The position numbers were made by a program, and so were the translations under genes. Below are positions 31,866 through 46,403 of a DNA stretch of 64,000 nt, in pieces (position 1 is the first letter of the stretch; each line of letters opens with the position of its first letter). This stretch comes from Eledone cirrhosa (lineage: Eukaryota). The notes under the pieces are model-generated. The model searched no databases, was not told the origin of the DNA, and was given only the letters and a program-made list of their open reading frames with translations. The stretch is from contig OZ024742.1 in the NCBI GenBank assembly GCA_964016885.1, positions 50,406,001-50,470,000 on the forward strand, in the 5' to 3' direction.

Positions 31866-32129
31866 ATTAAAGGTGGAAAACTGGGAGAGGGCACTTGCCC
31901 TGGTGGTCAGGGTCACTGTGGATTTTTACTGGGCTTTCTCCACAAATGTCCCTCGGAAGTCTCCCCCCTATTGGGGAATTTTTCATTGTTATTTTTTATT
32001 ACGTAATCTGTTTTTTTTTACACGCAGAAATGCCCATTTCTACCGTCCTGTATTGTCCTGTACTGTCCTTAATGTCTACTTTATGTAAACCCTTGTGGTT
32101 AATAAAGAAAGCATTATTTTTATTATTAT

Positions 32130-32609
32130 AGTTGCATTTATCTTGCTTTATGTTCATACAAGTTATCACCAGTTCACAACCAGTGACCTCAAGAGACAAC
32201 AAGGTCCGCCATGTTCAAGAAAGAACATACATACACACACATGCATCTTTAGGTGTTTAGACTTGTGATGTACTTATATTGACAGAATCTTCCTTAGTAT
32301 ATGGGCAGTTCCCATTAGTACTATCTTTTGTATTTCTCCTATACGCGGGTTTCCTGGGATTTGCGATAAGTAATCATTAGACCCCTTAGGTATCATTCCT
32401 AGAGCGCCTACAACCACTGGTATTGTTTTAGTTCTCAATTTCCACATTTTTCCAATTTCTATCTCCAGGTCCTTATACTTGCTCAATTTTTCAAACGTTT
32501 TTATAAATACATTCTTGTCTATTGGAACGGACATATCAATTAGCATGCATACCCTCTTTTTAAAGTCCTTCAGGATTATATCAGGTCTATTTGCATCTAT
32601 TTTTCGGTC
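32130..32609 (-). mobile_element. 3' fragment of R4-type family R-2
   Basis: NRPDIILKD..IDMSVP..EKLSKYKDL..GTAHILRKILSI; matches 55625-56088; shares the short TAA/TTA tract with the 3' end of T2. Confidence 0.9.
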
Positions 32610-32957
32610 ATTGCTTCAAATTTTGTATATGCATTACCCAAAATACAACCTGTTATTATTTGTGCTAGAGAATACACACGAATCCACCTGGATCAAACTG
32701 TCTTTGGACATACATGCAACATATTGCCACGATAACTTTAACTATGAAATGTTCCTACTCACTCTTCTTGAAATCTAAAGGACCAATGATTTATTCACAA
32801 CCTTGCCACCGAGAAGGTAACAGCTCAATATAATATAGAAATTAAGTACATTATATATATATATGTATATACATACTTATATACATATCTACTCATACAC
32901 ATTCGCGAACGCATACAACTGTACATAAAAATATAAAAGTATATATGTGTTTATACA

Positions 32958-33038
<81 letters not shown>

Positions 33039-36000
33039 TGTGTGTGTGTGTGTGTGTTCACATATATACACACGCATGGATACAAACATGCATATTATTT
33101 CAAGGTAGCATATAACATTCTGATGTATTGAAGAATTATTCTCGTTTCAATTTTTGTCAGGTGTTAAACTTATGTCGGATATCCAAAGAAACGATAAAGC
33201 TTATTATAAACGATAATATATATTGGGAGTAGTTTTTCTTTTACAATTGTTAAATATTCGACATACTAGATATATTTCAAATATTTCAAACAACCAACAA
33301 TCAGAAAAAAATATTAAGAAAGCAAATATGATAGGTATTAAAAATTGAAGTATGAAAGGTTTAACAAAAATAAGATAGATGCTACTTGACACTTCCTATA
33401 AAATTCGATTTAAATATGTTGTGATTTGTGCACCACTCAAAAGTACATGCAAAGAAGCAAAATATATAATGTACCAACGATAAAAAAAAATAATGAAAAT
33501 ATATTGAAATCATTTGCCGTCATAATTGACTGCGAATATTCCAGGTTCTTTTCAGTTAAATTATGTGCAGCTACATATTACACTCTCTGTCAAATGAGGT
33601 GGCACTTTATAATTTTAAGCATATAATTTCAGTGTGACTTGCCCAAGATTATCCTTAAACAATTTATTTGCCACGCCGAAGCTATAACACGGAGGGTCTT
33701 TTTGGTGTAAATGTAGCTGGCATTCATTGACGTAATATTTTGAATGCTTAAACATTCGTAGGATTTGCGGGATTAAACAGATGCTGGTCTCAAATTATAG
33801 ATGCTACTGTTTATTTACTTATATTTGATTTGTTAGAATAATATGTTAAAACTAAAAGCAATGTTTCTCAAAGTAGAAGATAAAACCTTCCTAGGCAACA
33901 TGGGCACCTAGAAAACATAACAATTATATATCTAGATTCCATTTGAAATCATACATTAAATATTTGTTTCCGAAAGAACTAAATTGAAACGCATTGTTTA
34001 TACACATTTGATGCCACATAAACAATATTACATCAAATTAAAATGTATTTAAATGTAAATTAAACTACAATAATACTTAAATATATTTACAATGATTTTG
34101 TTTTTCCTAATACAATTAAAGAAATTAAGTGTCAAAAATATTTTGGTTAGTATGTGGTTTACATTTTATTCCTAAACAGAAATTCCTGATATATATATTC
34201 TAAAAAGTATTAATTGTAATTAAACTAATTGTTGTTCTTATGTCACAATATATGAAATATATTCTCATACAAAAATATAAAATTGGTACGATTGGTGGCA
34301 TTCTAGCTGTGATTATCTCGTCGATATTTCTTGTATACCAGCACTGTATCATTTAATCAGTCTTTCTAATTTTAAAAGAGTGGGCTGTGATTTGAAAATT
34401 CAGCGCTTTTATTTATGGCAGGACTAGTCAATCGCAGAGTTCAGACTATAATGAATTTTCCCATTTGCTGAAAATATCTATAGTTGTTAGAGGCAGGTTA
34501 AGGTTTTTTGCCACCGTAGACTTTTTTATATGTTAAAATTTTGATAAATATATTTACATTCATGTTCAGTTCATATTGTATTTTATGTCTTCCATGTCAA
34601 ATATAATAATTTTACTTTGGCATTCCATTGATAGAATTCTCAGCAATATTATCTCTTTCACTGAATAGTCGAATTGTACTCTTTATTTCCGATACAGTAT
34701 TTTAATGGAACATTTAATTCGACTTTCATTTAATAATTTCATTTGATAGGTGTTTTGCTGGATAACAACAATGAAAGCCAATATCAGGATTTGCGATTGT
34801 TACTTGAATCAAATAGCATTTAGTAAATCACAATAAATGGTGCAATATTTATGATAATATCCAGCAGTAACCTGTTTTCTCGAACGTATATTACTTTTTA
34901 TGTAAGATATGTTTTTTGCGCGTTCAACTGGAGCATAGCTACACGTCTATAAATTACTAGGAACTATTGCAAATATAAATATTGATTTATGGTATAGACA
35001 CATGGTTTTGGTAATAGATATATATGAGTAGATATATCTTTGTAATGTAGTGGTAACCATTTATATTTCAGATTCACAATGAATGCTATCTTTTATATAA
35101 TAATTTATATACTTTATAAATAAACGCCTTAGTAAACATTAACATCTATCCCAATAGATCACCAGATTTTAACCCTTCACCGATACAAACTAGTCATAAG
35201 AATTAGGGAAATGTTATTGTACTTAATGACACCATTGTAACATTGACGAATGGGTTTTGAAATAACAGTTTTGCGTTACTATTTGGTAAAATATCTGAAA
35301 ATACATACTTTCCTCAATGAAAGCACAATCTAGAGATCCATAATTTTCACAATTATCTGTGCTATCTTTTAGATTTGGATCCTGAGAGTATGATGTATCA
35401 AACGTATATGATAGCATTTATATAATATGTATTTCGTGATAGTGTAATCATATGTGATGATGTACTAACATCTGGAAATCATCGTCACCTTTAAACTCTG
35501 ATTAAATTCTTCAATTGTATCAGATTCAAAATTTGTATCATACATACTGAATTCAAATTTCATATATAGTTGGTGGCGTGTAATTTTGCAATCATCAATC
35601 GTAATAATATATATGTATACTTGATTTCAGGTTTCTCTTAAACTAGATATATTTTACCTATATAATTTATGTTGCAATATGATTTTATGTGTTTTCGCTT
35701 TGAGCATAACTTTAACACTTTGTGCCTTCTCACTTCCAGTTGTCAATTATATAAGAATATATATTTACGAATGGATCGGAAGAAATGTATTTTGGCATAT
35801 TATTTCTAGACTTCCTATAAAACAGATAAATGGTCATTTAATAAGAATTTAATGTCGCTCTAATTTAGATTCCTTTCTGAGTTTCCTGGTAGCGTGATAT
35901 GATATTCGGACTGACCAGTTCATGTTTATTTAACAATGCATCACAATTCGCAAACCACTTTTTCTGCAAATGGTGCCAGGTTCAAATCCCCGGATAATTT

Positions 36001-37399
36001 TCTTAAATTGATGTAATTTCATCATCTATAAAAATAATAAAACAGCCATTACGTAGATTTCAATCGAATATATTACTCCACAAAGGTTTGACTTCTATCT
36101 AATGTCAATCCTTGTCGGGATATATGGGCAAAAGTGATATCATTAGTTTATTTTAAGTCAAAATTACATAATTCAAGAATTTCAATATATTTAAAAAAAT
36201 CTAAATATTCACGTTATTTCATTTGATATGAAGCAAATGACAACAGTTTCAATAAAAAAACGGTTAGATTTGCAATATAAATCTAAAGAGAAAATTTACA
36301 ATAACAAAAGCTGCTAGAATCTTACAATGTTCTGCCCAACTTAACATTCTTGTATATGGTTAAATCTTTGCCAAAGAAATGTCAATATAAATAAATAATT
36401 TCTTGATAAGGTATTGAGCATTCGATTCACACAGAGATGTGGTCTTTTCTTTTGGAGCGTCGCCATCATATTTTGCTGCATAGATAATATCATGTTATAG
36501 AACATTATAAAATCATAGTTCTCGGTTATTTAGAACAACACACAAGTTATGTAAGATTGTCATATAGATAGATATTCTTCCGAGCAGCAGATAATTTTCT
36601 TAAATGTATAACTGAATCAAATGAGTGCGGATTCAAGAAAATATGAGAAGGCAACGTATATTTCTTAATTTTAATAAGAGGAAGGTGAAAGTTTGGGATG
36701 TATGAAGAAATAGAGAGTATATCTACCATTTTTTTGTAGAACATGAATAAAATATAGCCTTTATAGATATATTTGCATATATTCTCAATCAGATATGATA
36801 CATTTCAAGAACAAAATATACTACTTCGAGTGCACCTACCAATATATATAAGTACACACATATATATATACACATGTATATATATATAAGTGTGTAGCAG
36901 AATAAAAAGATGATAGTGATCAGTTGATAGTTAGGCCCCTCTCTTAACACGAACATCCGGCACACAATGAGATCAGAGACAATGACAAAATCAATTATTG
37001 ATCTCTGTCCCTGATTCCTTTTAGACCGTGTATATTTATGGATATCTCTGCTGGAATAAGGTGTTCATAACAGAGTGTCCATTCCTTCCAACCAACCCTT
37101 TCCAAGTTAGGTGGTCAGTGCAAATATGTGCATTGAAATCCCCATCAAAATATATGATTCAGTCTTAAATACATCTAACGCTGCAGTGACCTGACCAGAG
37201 GACGTCTTGCTTGGTGCATAACATTTCACCACCCAGAGTGACCTAGCATTAAACCTAAGATTCAAGAGACAAATCTTCCCTCCGAACGAATCTTATTCGC
37301 CCGGCAGTTGCCGGCTAGTTATCTGCAAAGCCCACAAAGCAAGCCAACAAAACATGCAAGTCCAGGGCGACGTACAGGATAAAATGGGAATTGTTGGTG

Positions 37400-39440
37400 G
37401 ATAAGGAAGTCAGGGCCAGTTATTCAAATACTATTGTATCCAAATTCAGAAAACTCCCTGAGTAAGTTGAGGTTGTTGAAACAGACTGGAGTTTGTTCGG
37501 CGCAGCCGTTTCTGCTTCAGCTCTTAAATAATGTGGGCTAAAGTGGCTTGGTGCAACGCCGGAGGCAGGAGGGCCCCTTGGTTCAGTCAAGAGAACAAAG
37601 ATGTCATCCGAGCAAAGAAGGAGGGTTACAAAGCTTGGCTTTGAAATAAGTATTCCTTCATGTAATTGAGGTAGCATCAGGTAAGAATAATCTCAGCAGA
37701 AACAGTAAAGGCGTCAAAGTTAAGAATTTTGATGACTTTGGGATTAAACTAGAATCCGACTTTAGATCAGCATATAAAGGTTTCTAGCAGGCCATCCGCT
37801 TACTTTGTAATAAGAAGCACTCCCCCAAACCTACAACCAAGAACGCGCCTAGGGTTCTCCGCTATTCAGAGAGGTGCAATCCTCACGATATGAAACGAAT
37901 AAGTTGCTGATATCCTAAACTCGATCACAACAGCATATTCGGATGTACACGAGGTGCATCTGGGAGCGGGACTAATCTCTCAAGAGCAGTTAAAGAGATC
38001 AAATGGAGCCAGGCCAATAGGGAAGATAAAATCCGGCCCGAAATGTTAAAAGCCTTGAATAGAGAAGGTATTCTCTGGCTGACTCGTGTGTGCAGGGTGG
38101 CCTGGATCGCTGGAACGGCACCTAAGCAACGGCAATCTGGAGTGATAATCCCAATTTTCAAAAAGGGAGACTAGAGATATGTTTCCAATAACAGAGGCAT
38201 CTCTTGTTAAGACTCACCGGTAAAGTGTATGCTAAGTGACTGGCAAAGAGATGCAGGGAGATTGTAGAGTCCAAACTAGTTGATGAACAGCGTAGTCTTC
38301 ACCCCGGATCCAGCACAGCCGACCAAATACTCACAATGCGGCAGGTCTTCGAGTATATACTTCTTTTATCGAACTGGAAAATGCATATGACAGCGTTCTT
38401 CGGGACCTGTCGTGGACGGTTCCGCAGGAAGATTTGATCAATGGCCAACTCGTTGCTGATTTGATAACTCTATACGAATGCCCATGTAGTTGGGTTCGGA
38501 TAAATGGTGCTAAATCGAAAATATTCAAAGTGGGACTCTACAAAGGGTGTGTACTGACATCTGTCCTGTTCATTATTTACATGAATAGGATTGACATGCG
38601 CAGCCGAGTTGGAAATAGTATCACGACTGCCGGGTATAGAATCAGTAGACTGGAATTTGTTGACGACATGGTGTTATTTAAAATGACAAAAGGCGATCTC
38701 CGACTTTCACTCGATAGGTTTGATACCGATTCCTGGAAGGAAAATCAATGCTGCGAAAACTGCTCTCAGGGAAGTCTGCGCAGTCCACGCTACATGTAAA
38801 TGGATTTCCACTGAAGGTGGTAGATATGTTCAAGTATCTAGTAGCCGTGTTCAAAAGTGATGGAAGGCAGGAGGCTGATTTAAGTACAATAATTGCAGAA
38901 GCCGGTCCAGTAATGCGCCAGGTTGAGCATTCTGTAATCAGAAGTTGGGAGGTAGGCGTAAAAGCAAATCACGCTATCCTATCTTCAGTTCGGTATTCGT
39001 GTCAACCATTACATGCGGTCATGTATCTTGGGTAATGGCCGGTAATGGCCGAATACAAACGGCCGAGATAGAGTTCCTCCGAATAGTTTTGGAGTAGTGT
39101 TACTCGATTGATTGCGTATCTCGCAGATCAGAGAATCACTCCAGGTAGAGGTGCTACTTCTCCGAATTGAGAGATCGCATCTGCGATAATTTGGGCCTGT
39201 GATTATAATGTCTTAGGAGAGAATCTCTGGACAGATTTTACGGACAAAACCAACCGACAGGAGAACCAGTGGCTGACCCTGAGCAAGATGGTTGGATAAC
39301 ATGGCTGAACTTGGCTAGACTCGCTTGGAGATCCAGCCGGATCACTTGGAGACGGTTGCTTCTGACAGGACCTGCTGTAAGAAGTGTTTGCGGACTCTTT
39401 CTCCACGCCCATCTCAGGAGTAAATGGGCGAAGAAGAACA
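37400..39440 (+). mobile_element. Heavily degenerate RTE-clade (Expander/Rex3-like) LINE
   Basis: IRPEMLKAL..EGILWLTRVC..AW..G.AP...GVIIPIFKKGD, ELENAYD, KGCVLTSVLFIIYM, LEFVDD, FKYL. Boundaries approximate. Confidence 0.75.
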
Positions 39441-39746
39441 ACAAAAGCACTAAACTGTGTAGTACTTCATGCAATTTCAGTGTATTATTATTGAGGAGGC
39501 AGAATCTCAGTTTATTCGAGTCTTCTCAAGCGCATGGACTCAATATCCTAAGGAGAGCCTGAGCAGCATGCTGTTTACATTACAAAACATTCTTTCTTGC
39601 TCTCGGCATATTAACATCATCCTCCTGACATAAAGTCTTCGCAGGTATAAATACAAAATCCAGCACATGACAATACTCACTTATCACGTTCTTCTATATT
39701 CCCCTCCCTCATAATATCACACCTATATACACATATATACATATAT

Positions 39747-39836
<90 letters not shown>

Positions 39837-40019
39837 GCACATATATATACACATATGCACATACATACACGTATACCCATACATACAGATATACACATAA
39901 ATACACATACACATATAAATATATACACACACGCACACACATACATATGTGCACACATACTCATACATACAATACATAAACATACACATACATATACATA
40001 CATACACTCAAATATGTAC

Positions 40020-40500
40020 ACTAACAAATAAATAAGTACTCAATAAATATACGCATATACACAGGCACATAAAAACAGCTCTACAGGCAGAGAATGCAGA
40101 TAGGTAAGAGGTACTCACATAACCATAGTGGCCGTATTTCAGATTGAGGAGGGGTGGGGATAGTGTGGGAATGAGGAATAAGGGCCAATAGGGGGAGGTC
40201 GTTTTTAGCCATCGGGCTTTAACACTGGCTTAAAGTGTTTGAAAGTTGCAAAGTTCTTGTGCATGCAGTTTCGGAAGTGTTCAGAGAGTTTGTTCAGTAG
40301 CGGCCCGTGGCGAATAAAAATTCGTAGCTCTCTGAGATACAGAGGTCGCAGCCCTTGTGTCCTCCGTTGTAAGAGCGCTTCTGGATTATTTTCCATTTAA
40401 GCGTGAAGGAGGTGGAGTTCCTTTTGTGGTCCCAAACATAGGAGGCGAGTGTTGTCTGGTTTGATTTATCCGGTCTTCTGAAGGAGTGGGTATGAGCATA

Positions 40501-40504
<4 letters not shown>
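40020..40504 (-). mobile_element. 3' fragment of PLE family P1 (end of GIY-YIG and 3' UTR)
   Basis: Aligns with ~6095-6586; ends in ...[15 protein letters not shown]; followed by the same type of compound microsatellite. Confidence 0.92.
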
Positions 40505-40544
<40 letters not shown>

Positions 40545-40552
<8 letters not shown>

Positions 40553-41211
40553 TTAGTCTATCTACTAACATATGCGTACAGATGTACGCTAATGCTAGCA
40601 AATACACAGGTTATGTCATAGTACCTATGTGGTTCAATGCAGGAGGATGCAGAACAATAATATAAAAGACGTAAAATAAGAAAATTTAAAAAAAATTAAC
40701 TTACTTACTAAAATTTTCACTCCAACGAATTAGTTTCTGCAATGGGATAAAGACAGTTACGTAATAAACTGTCGAGAATTCATTGCGTCATCAGGGAGTC
40801 TATTCTCAGCTAAGTCTCCAGGCAATGCGCGGACACTGGGGACTCATATAAAAATAATAATAATTCGGTAAATGGAACAGCTAGCGGGGACTGGATTCCA
40901 TGCACTGAAAATCTCGCTGTCGCTGGTCAAATGGCAGATTCTAAAGAATCAATCACGTGACACTGAGGCTAGTCGGTAGGAGTGGGATGGTAAGATGACA
41001 GAAGCCTACTAACACACCAATAAATTAGTAGTGGTTTTGGCAGGTTTGCTCGACAAATAAGTAATTTGGAGATAAATATAGAGAATTTAGTCTATCTACT
41101 AACATATGCGTACAGATGTACGCTAATGCTAGCAAATACACAGGTTATGTCCTAGTACCTAGGTGGTTCAATGCAGGAGGATGCAGAACAATAATATAAA
41201 AGACGTAAAAT
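40545..41211 (-). mobile_element. Diverged copy of the H3 unit (period 534 bp, ~1.25 copies)
   Basis: Reverse-complement similarity to 4014-5514; direct repeat at 40549 and 41083; TA-rich repeats on both flanks. Confidence 0.9.
40719..40799 (-). ncRNA. Type I hammerhead ribozyme, family H3
   Basis: Core and stems I/II conserved; stem III actaattcgt has one substitution. Confidence 0.75.
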
Positions 41212-41699
41212 ATATATATACACACGCACATATACGCGTGTGTGCGTGCGTGTGTGTGAGTTTGTGTGTGTGTGTGTGTGTGCGTGTGCGTGCGTGGGTG
41301 CGTGTGTGCGTATGTGTATGTGTAATCTATTCTTTGATAGGATTCAATTAATGGAGTACAAGAATAAATGAAATTAGATATTTAATATTATGATTATATT
41401 TAGACAGCCACAAAACTGTTTACTTTTGTCACAAAACTAAAATCAATAGTGAATATATTAACATGAATTAAAACTATAAGTGAATATATAACGATTACAT
41501 CCATTTAGTCTAGATCCATTGCTGATTTCTGTAGGAGAGACAGCAAATAAATGTATTATTTGCAACATTTTGTCTATATTATCATATATGAGTTAAACGT
41601 GACACAAGAAAATAAGGGCGAAATTAAATACAATAAAACATGTTCTATTTTCCATTTATCAATGATTCCATCGATCTTTGCACTGATAGTAATACCTCC

Positions 41700-42600
41700 C
41701 GATAAGCATTCTTTCATACAGAGCTGAGAGTGTTATTTTTCGACTTTATAGCACGAGTTCCTTTATTTAACTTGTTTCTTTTCCTCTCAATTTGGTTCCA
41801 TGTTACATTCCTATAAATGGAGAATATGCCATTTGCATCAATTTCTAAGAGAGGCTTCAGTTTTGCCCGGGAATTTTTTTATAGTCTGATGCAGTCTCTT
41901 TGCATGTATCCAGAGGACTGCATATAGTGGATGAATTGTATCTATTTCTTAAAACATATAAGTAACACCTATGTTACCATTGTAATCTGGCCCGCTATCC
42001 CCACTGACACAAATGAGTTACAGCGGATCAGGTACTTGGTGTTTAATGTAATGTGAATAGAGGATTTGTACTTTACTATTCCTAGTCTACCAATATATCT
42101 GTGTCTGAGATAAGCAGTCTGTAGATAGGATAATTGGTTGTGCATTCTATAGTTATCTAATATACTGTTAGATATTTTCATGACACTCTCATTAGTGTTA
42201 TCATCTAGTACCTGAATATCCTATTGTATATTTTGTAAGCCACTTTACTACTATATTGATATCATCTACATAGCCAGAGTACATATAACGCTGTGGAAGT
42301 CTCGACTAGGTGTCCTTTGAAAAGCCTAAGCAACTATACCATGAAGAGATTAGCCACGTCACATGGGATTCTGACTTCAGGGAGCTTCCCCTTTTCCTGG
42401 GCATATGTTTTGTTATTGAACATGATTATAAAGCCTTATAATGACGTCTTTATACTAGCCCCAACCACTTCTGTTCATTTTCCTCGATTGATCATGGGTT
42501 TAGAAGTTCCTATGTCTCTGGTCCATCGATCCCTTTTCTATTGGGTCATTTTGGCCATTAAGATAATTGTGGGTGGTCTGGCTCTCCATGAGTATAGTAT
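41700..42600 (-). pseudogene. Old, degenerate PLE-type reverse transcriptase remnant
   Basis: Minus-strand fragments FNNKTYAQEKG...VANLFM, GYVDDINIV, QSSGY in the order expected for a PLE RT; many stops and frameshifts. Confidence 0.45.
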
Positions 42601-43130
42601 AAGAGGCAACGAAGGAGAATTTAGAAACTCGACTTCAAAAAATGTCCATGCTCTGCGTGAGAGCATTTGTGCGTGTGTTAGTGCAAATGTATGTGTGTGT
42701 TTATGTGAATGTATATGTGTGTATTTGTGTGAGTGTATGTTTGTATATGTATGCGTGTGTATTTGTGTGTGTTTATCGGTGTTTTGTATGTATATATTTA
42801 TACACACCAATATATATAATAACAACGATATTAATTTAAATGTACATAGAGGTGTATATAGCGATTAGAATGTAAATAATATATTCAATATGTTTGTATA
42901 TATAAGATTATGTAATTATATATGTATATATATACTCATTATCCCAGCGAAGAGTGTGTTTATATACTAAGGAAAACATGTATACGTGTATACAGGAAAG
43001 TGCGTTAAGAGGGTGTATGATTTAGAAAGGGAGTGAGTAAAAGAAACAAACACAAAGACTAAAAATGATGAAGAGTGACAGAGGGTGAGAAGAAATATGA
43101 GTGTGTGTGAGAGAGAAACAAAGAATGAGA

Positions 43131-43178
<48 letters not shown>

Positions 43179-43196
43179 AGAAAGAGAGAGAGAGAG

Positions 43197-43239
<43 letters not shown>

Positions 43240-43469
43240 ACGTTTGTATGGGAGTAGAAGAAATTGAAAGAGTGCCCACAGAAAGAGAGGGAGATAGCAG
43301 CAGAGAGAGATACTGTATGTGCATGTTGTGTTAGTGAAGATACGTGTGTGTATGTGTGTGTGAGACAACGCTTTGCTATAAATACAAGTGGTGTGTATAT
43401 ACAAACCACTAATCTGGATACCTAAATATGGAATGCTAGGCGATACCCTCCCCCCCCCCCCCCAACAGT

Positions 43470-43700
43470 CCCGGCGGACAGGATGGAGAAAGCTTTCCCA
43501 CGGAGGATGGCAAGAGAGACACGCTGGAAAAGCCACTCCAACTCATGGGGTTCACATCTGTGGCTGGCCAGCTCAGCGCCTATTGTGGTGAGTAGGAAGG
43601 TAGCCCTGGGGCCGAGGACGCCAGAAGTCTCCACTGCGACCGGTATTTGAGGAGCTTGGCCTCCTCATCCCGACGTGCAGCAGAACCTGTACTGTAGGAG
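43470..43700 (-). mobile_element. 3' fragment of a CRE-clade-like RLE retrotransposon
   Basis: G.AARRDEEAKLLKY..., METSGVLGP, WLFQRVSLAILRG(K)AFSIL resemble the CRE RLE C-terminus. Confidence 0.65.
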
Positions 43701-44269
43701 TGATCATGGAAGTGAGAAGGAGGAGAGGAGGTAGGTAATGGCAGAAAAAGAGAAAAATCTACTTCTCTCACTCTTCTCCCTCTCTCCCTCTCTTTCTCAC
43801 TCACGAACTCACTCACTCACTCACTCACTCACTCACTCACTCACTCTCTCACTCACTCACTCACTCACTCTAGCTCAAGAAAAATGACGTCGTAATTCCA
43901 AAACAAATGAATGCGAATTTATACTTCTAAATGTTTGAAGAAGAGAGTCGTGGAGTTTTCTTATGTGTGCATGTGTGCGCGTGTGTGCGTGTGTGTGTGT
44001 GTGTTATGTGTTTGCATGTGTGGGTGAGTGTATGTGTTGTGTGTGTGTATGTGTGTGTGTGTATGTAAGTGTGTGTGTGTGTGTTATGTGTTTGCATGTG
44101 TGTGTGAGTGTATGTGTTGTGTGTGTGTATATGTGTGTGTGTATGTGTGTGTGTGTAAGTGTGTGTGTATGTGTGTGAGTGTGTGTGTGTGTGTTTGTGT
44201 GTGTGTTACTGTAAAGATATTCATGTAACTTTCATTCATTTTTCATTTCATCACAATTTCAATTTTCAA

Positions 44270-46098
44270 AAAAGATGCGAAGACTAAAAGTGTTCTCACC
44301 CTCCACAAGCTCTTCAGACGTTGCTGTCGAGGCAAGATGAGATGGAGGGACATACAGAAGAACAGTATTCTACAGTGCAAGAAAGACAAGTACAGGTAGC
44401 CAGAGCAAGGGCACTAGAATCCCCTGCACAACGACAGCAAAGACATGAAAACGACCGAAGGAGGGCTGCTGCACGCCGCACCAATGAGTCTCAAGAGGCA
44501 AGGGGAAAACTGTCCGAACAATTACGTCAACAAAATGCAGAAGGGAGGAGCAAAGAGTCAAAAGAGGAAAGAGAAAAATGTTTAAAGGATGCAACACAAA
44601 GGGAAGCTGCCAGAGTTGGCAATGAGAGAATAGGTTAGCGAGAGATTAGACACAGAAAAAAAGAGGAGAAAATAGTTGCTGCATGACTTCGCCAATCCTC
44701 AGAGCAGTGACGTAAGCGTTTTGATCAAGATAGGCTGGATATGTGTGACAAAATTGTAGCAACTTTCAAAGGGACTTGGAAAAGATCAGCTTTCAACTAT
44801 GATCCAAAGTATGATTATTCTACAGAGAAATTGATTGGTATTGGTGCAATGTCAAAAGAATGCAGTTTTTCTATAGGAACGAAATGCGAAAGAGAGAGCG
44901 CCACTGTGTGTTGTGGAGGAGGAATGGTTGTTCTACTGACGTTTGGTACACCCTCGGATATTTTGAAGGCATTGCTTTGGGGAAACACATCAAAGACCAT
45001 GCACTTCTAGAAACACATTAGAAGGAATTTCAAACCAACCACTAACGTTAAGGTTAAATATACCATCGCATTGGATCTTCGTTGCCAACTTAAGGCAAAC
45101 ATCCACAGGTTTTTTCAGTTATATTTTATGGCAAATTACAAGGAGCAGGCTTTGCAAAAGTCATTGAACCTTCCAAAATCGGAAAGAATAGTTAATCTTT
45201 CATTGCAAGATACGTTGCATGCAAACAATAGCTACATCGGAAAATTATAATATGCATTGGAATGTGCGTCACTCACTGAGTACATGGTAGTCATTGTGTT
45301 CGTGAACACAGAGGCCGCTACAATGTCCCTGCTGCAAATGAAGTAGCAGCAATTATTTCTGACGTGGAGTATTGGAGGAGGGGTATTGTTATTTAAGGAA
45401 GAAGAAATAAATTGTAGCGCATAAATGCTGCCCGCCGATCATATGATGCACTCCAGTATCCATTAATCTGTGTATTCTGCCAAGATGGATCTCACTTTGG
45501 TATCAAACAAACAGATCTTAAAATAACAGCTCCTGCACAGACAAAAACAGTTAGCTGCTTGGAATTCTATGTTTATCATTTCATATTAATAGAACACGAC
45601 TTAAATATTCTTCATCGTTCACCAGAGCTCTTCCAGTAATTTGCAGTTGATATGTATGCAAAACTGAAGGAGATAGGCTTCTTTACATTATAACACATTA
45701 GAAAGATCTCCGTGCATCTGACTACATTCACCAACGAGATTCAATCAGTAATGAAGGAGGATTGGCTGCTGATATCATTGGACAGCTTTGTGACATTCTT
45801 CCATCAAGCTTCACAGGAAGTCCACGGTAGATGAATGAGCGTACCCAAGATGCACTTACATATGTCAGACACTATGGTCGTCCAGACCTCTTTGTTACAT
45901 TCATATATAACCCCTCATGACATGAAATAAAGAGTGAACTTTATCATCATCAAGAACCCAAACATTGCCATGATATTATTGCTAAGTTGTTAAAACTTAA
46001 AATCATAAAGCTGATGGATCTCTTAAAAAAGGCAAGTTTTTGAACTGTGTAATGTGACATGTACACAATTGAATGACAAAAACGAGGATTGCCGCATT
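44270..46098 (+). pseudogene. Helitron Rep/helicase N-terminal half, degenerate, truncated at the HUH motif
   Basis: AFNYDP, IGAMSKEC..CC..G.V.L, YHRIGS, RYNVPAANEVAA, SYDALQYPL, ILPSSFTGSPR, YVRHYGRPDLFVTF, YTIE*QKRGLPH. Confidence 0.88.
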
Positions 46099-46225
46099 TT
46101 GATTTGGCTACATAATATCCTTTGCTGCAGATCTAACTGATCAACCAGTCTGCTAATCAGGCCGATCAGTCACTGTAAAATATCATATATTTTCACCAGC
46201 TCTCACAGTTGGCAGGTGAACGGTA

Positions 46226-46274
46226 AACTCCACAGATGAAGGGTAATCACCGAGAAACATAAGTGTCTGCAGTT
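46226..46274 (+). ncRNA. Degenerate type I hammerhead (family H5), probably inactive
   Basis: aactcca-CAGATGA-agggtaatcaccga-GAAA-ca taag tg-TC-tgcagtt; U4>A core change and one stem I mismatch. Confidence 0.5.
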
Positions 46275-46363
46275 CTGTTTAGATGCCAACACAAGAGTAA
46301 TAATGAGGAGCTCATTCTACTAACATAGCTTAAAAGAGGCAGTTTGCATAATTGCAAGCCATT

Positions 46364-46403
<40 letters not shown>

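Larger units (their letters stand above)
26258..32112 (+). mobile_element. Tx1/L1-clade non-LTR retrotransposon, copy T2 (divergent 5' UTR/ORF1)
   Basis: (TTA)n at 26219-26257; ORF1 remnant from 26471; ORF2 28460-31865 nearly identical to T1; 3' end gtggttAATAAAgaaagc + ttattttattatta. Confidence 0.9.

Noticed and set aside
32800-36850. Host gene or exons in the AT-rich unique stretch; B-box-like ggttcaaatcc at ~35979
   Set aside because: No convincing ORF, splice chain or cloverleaf.
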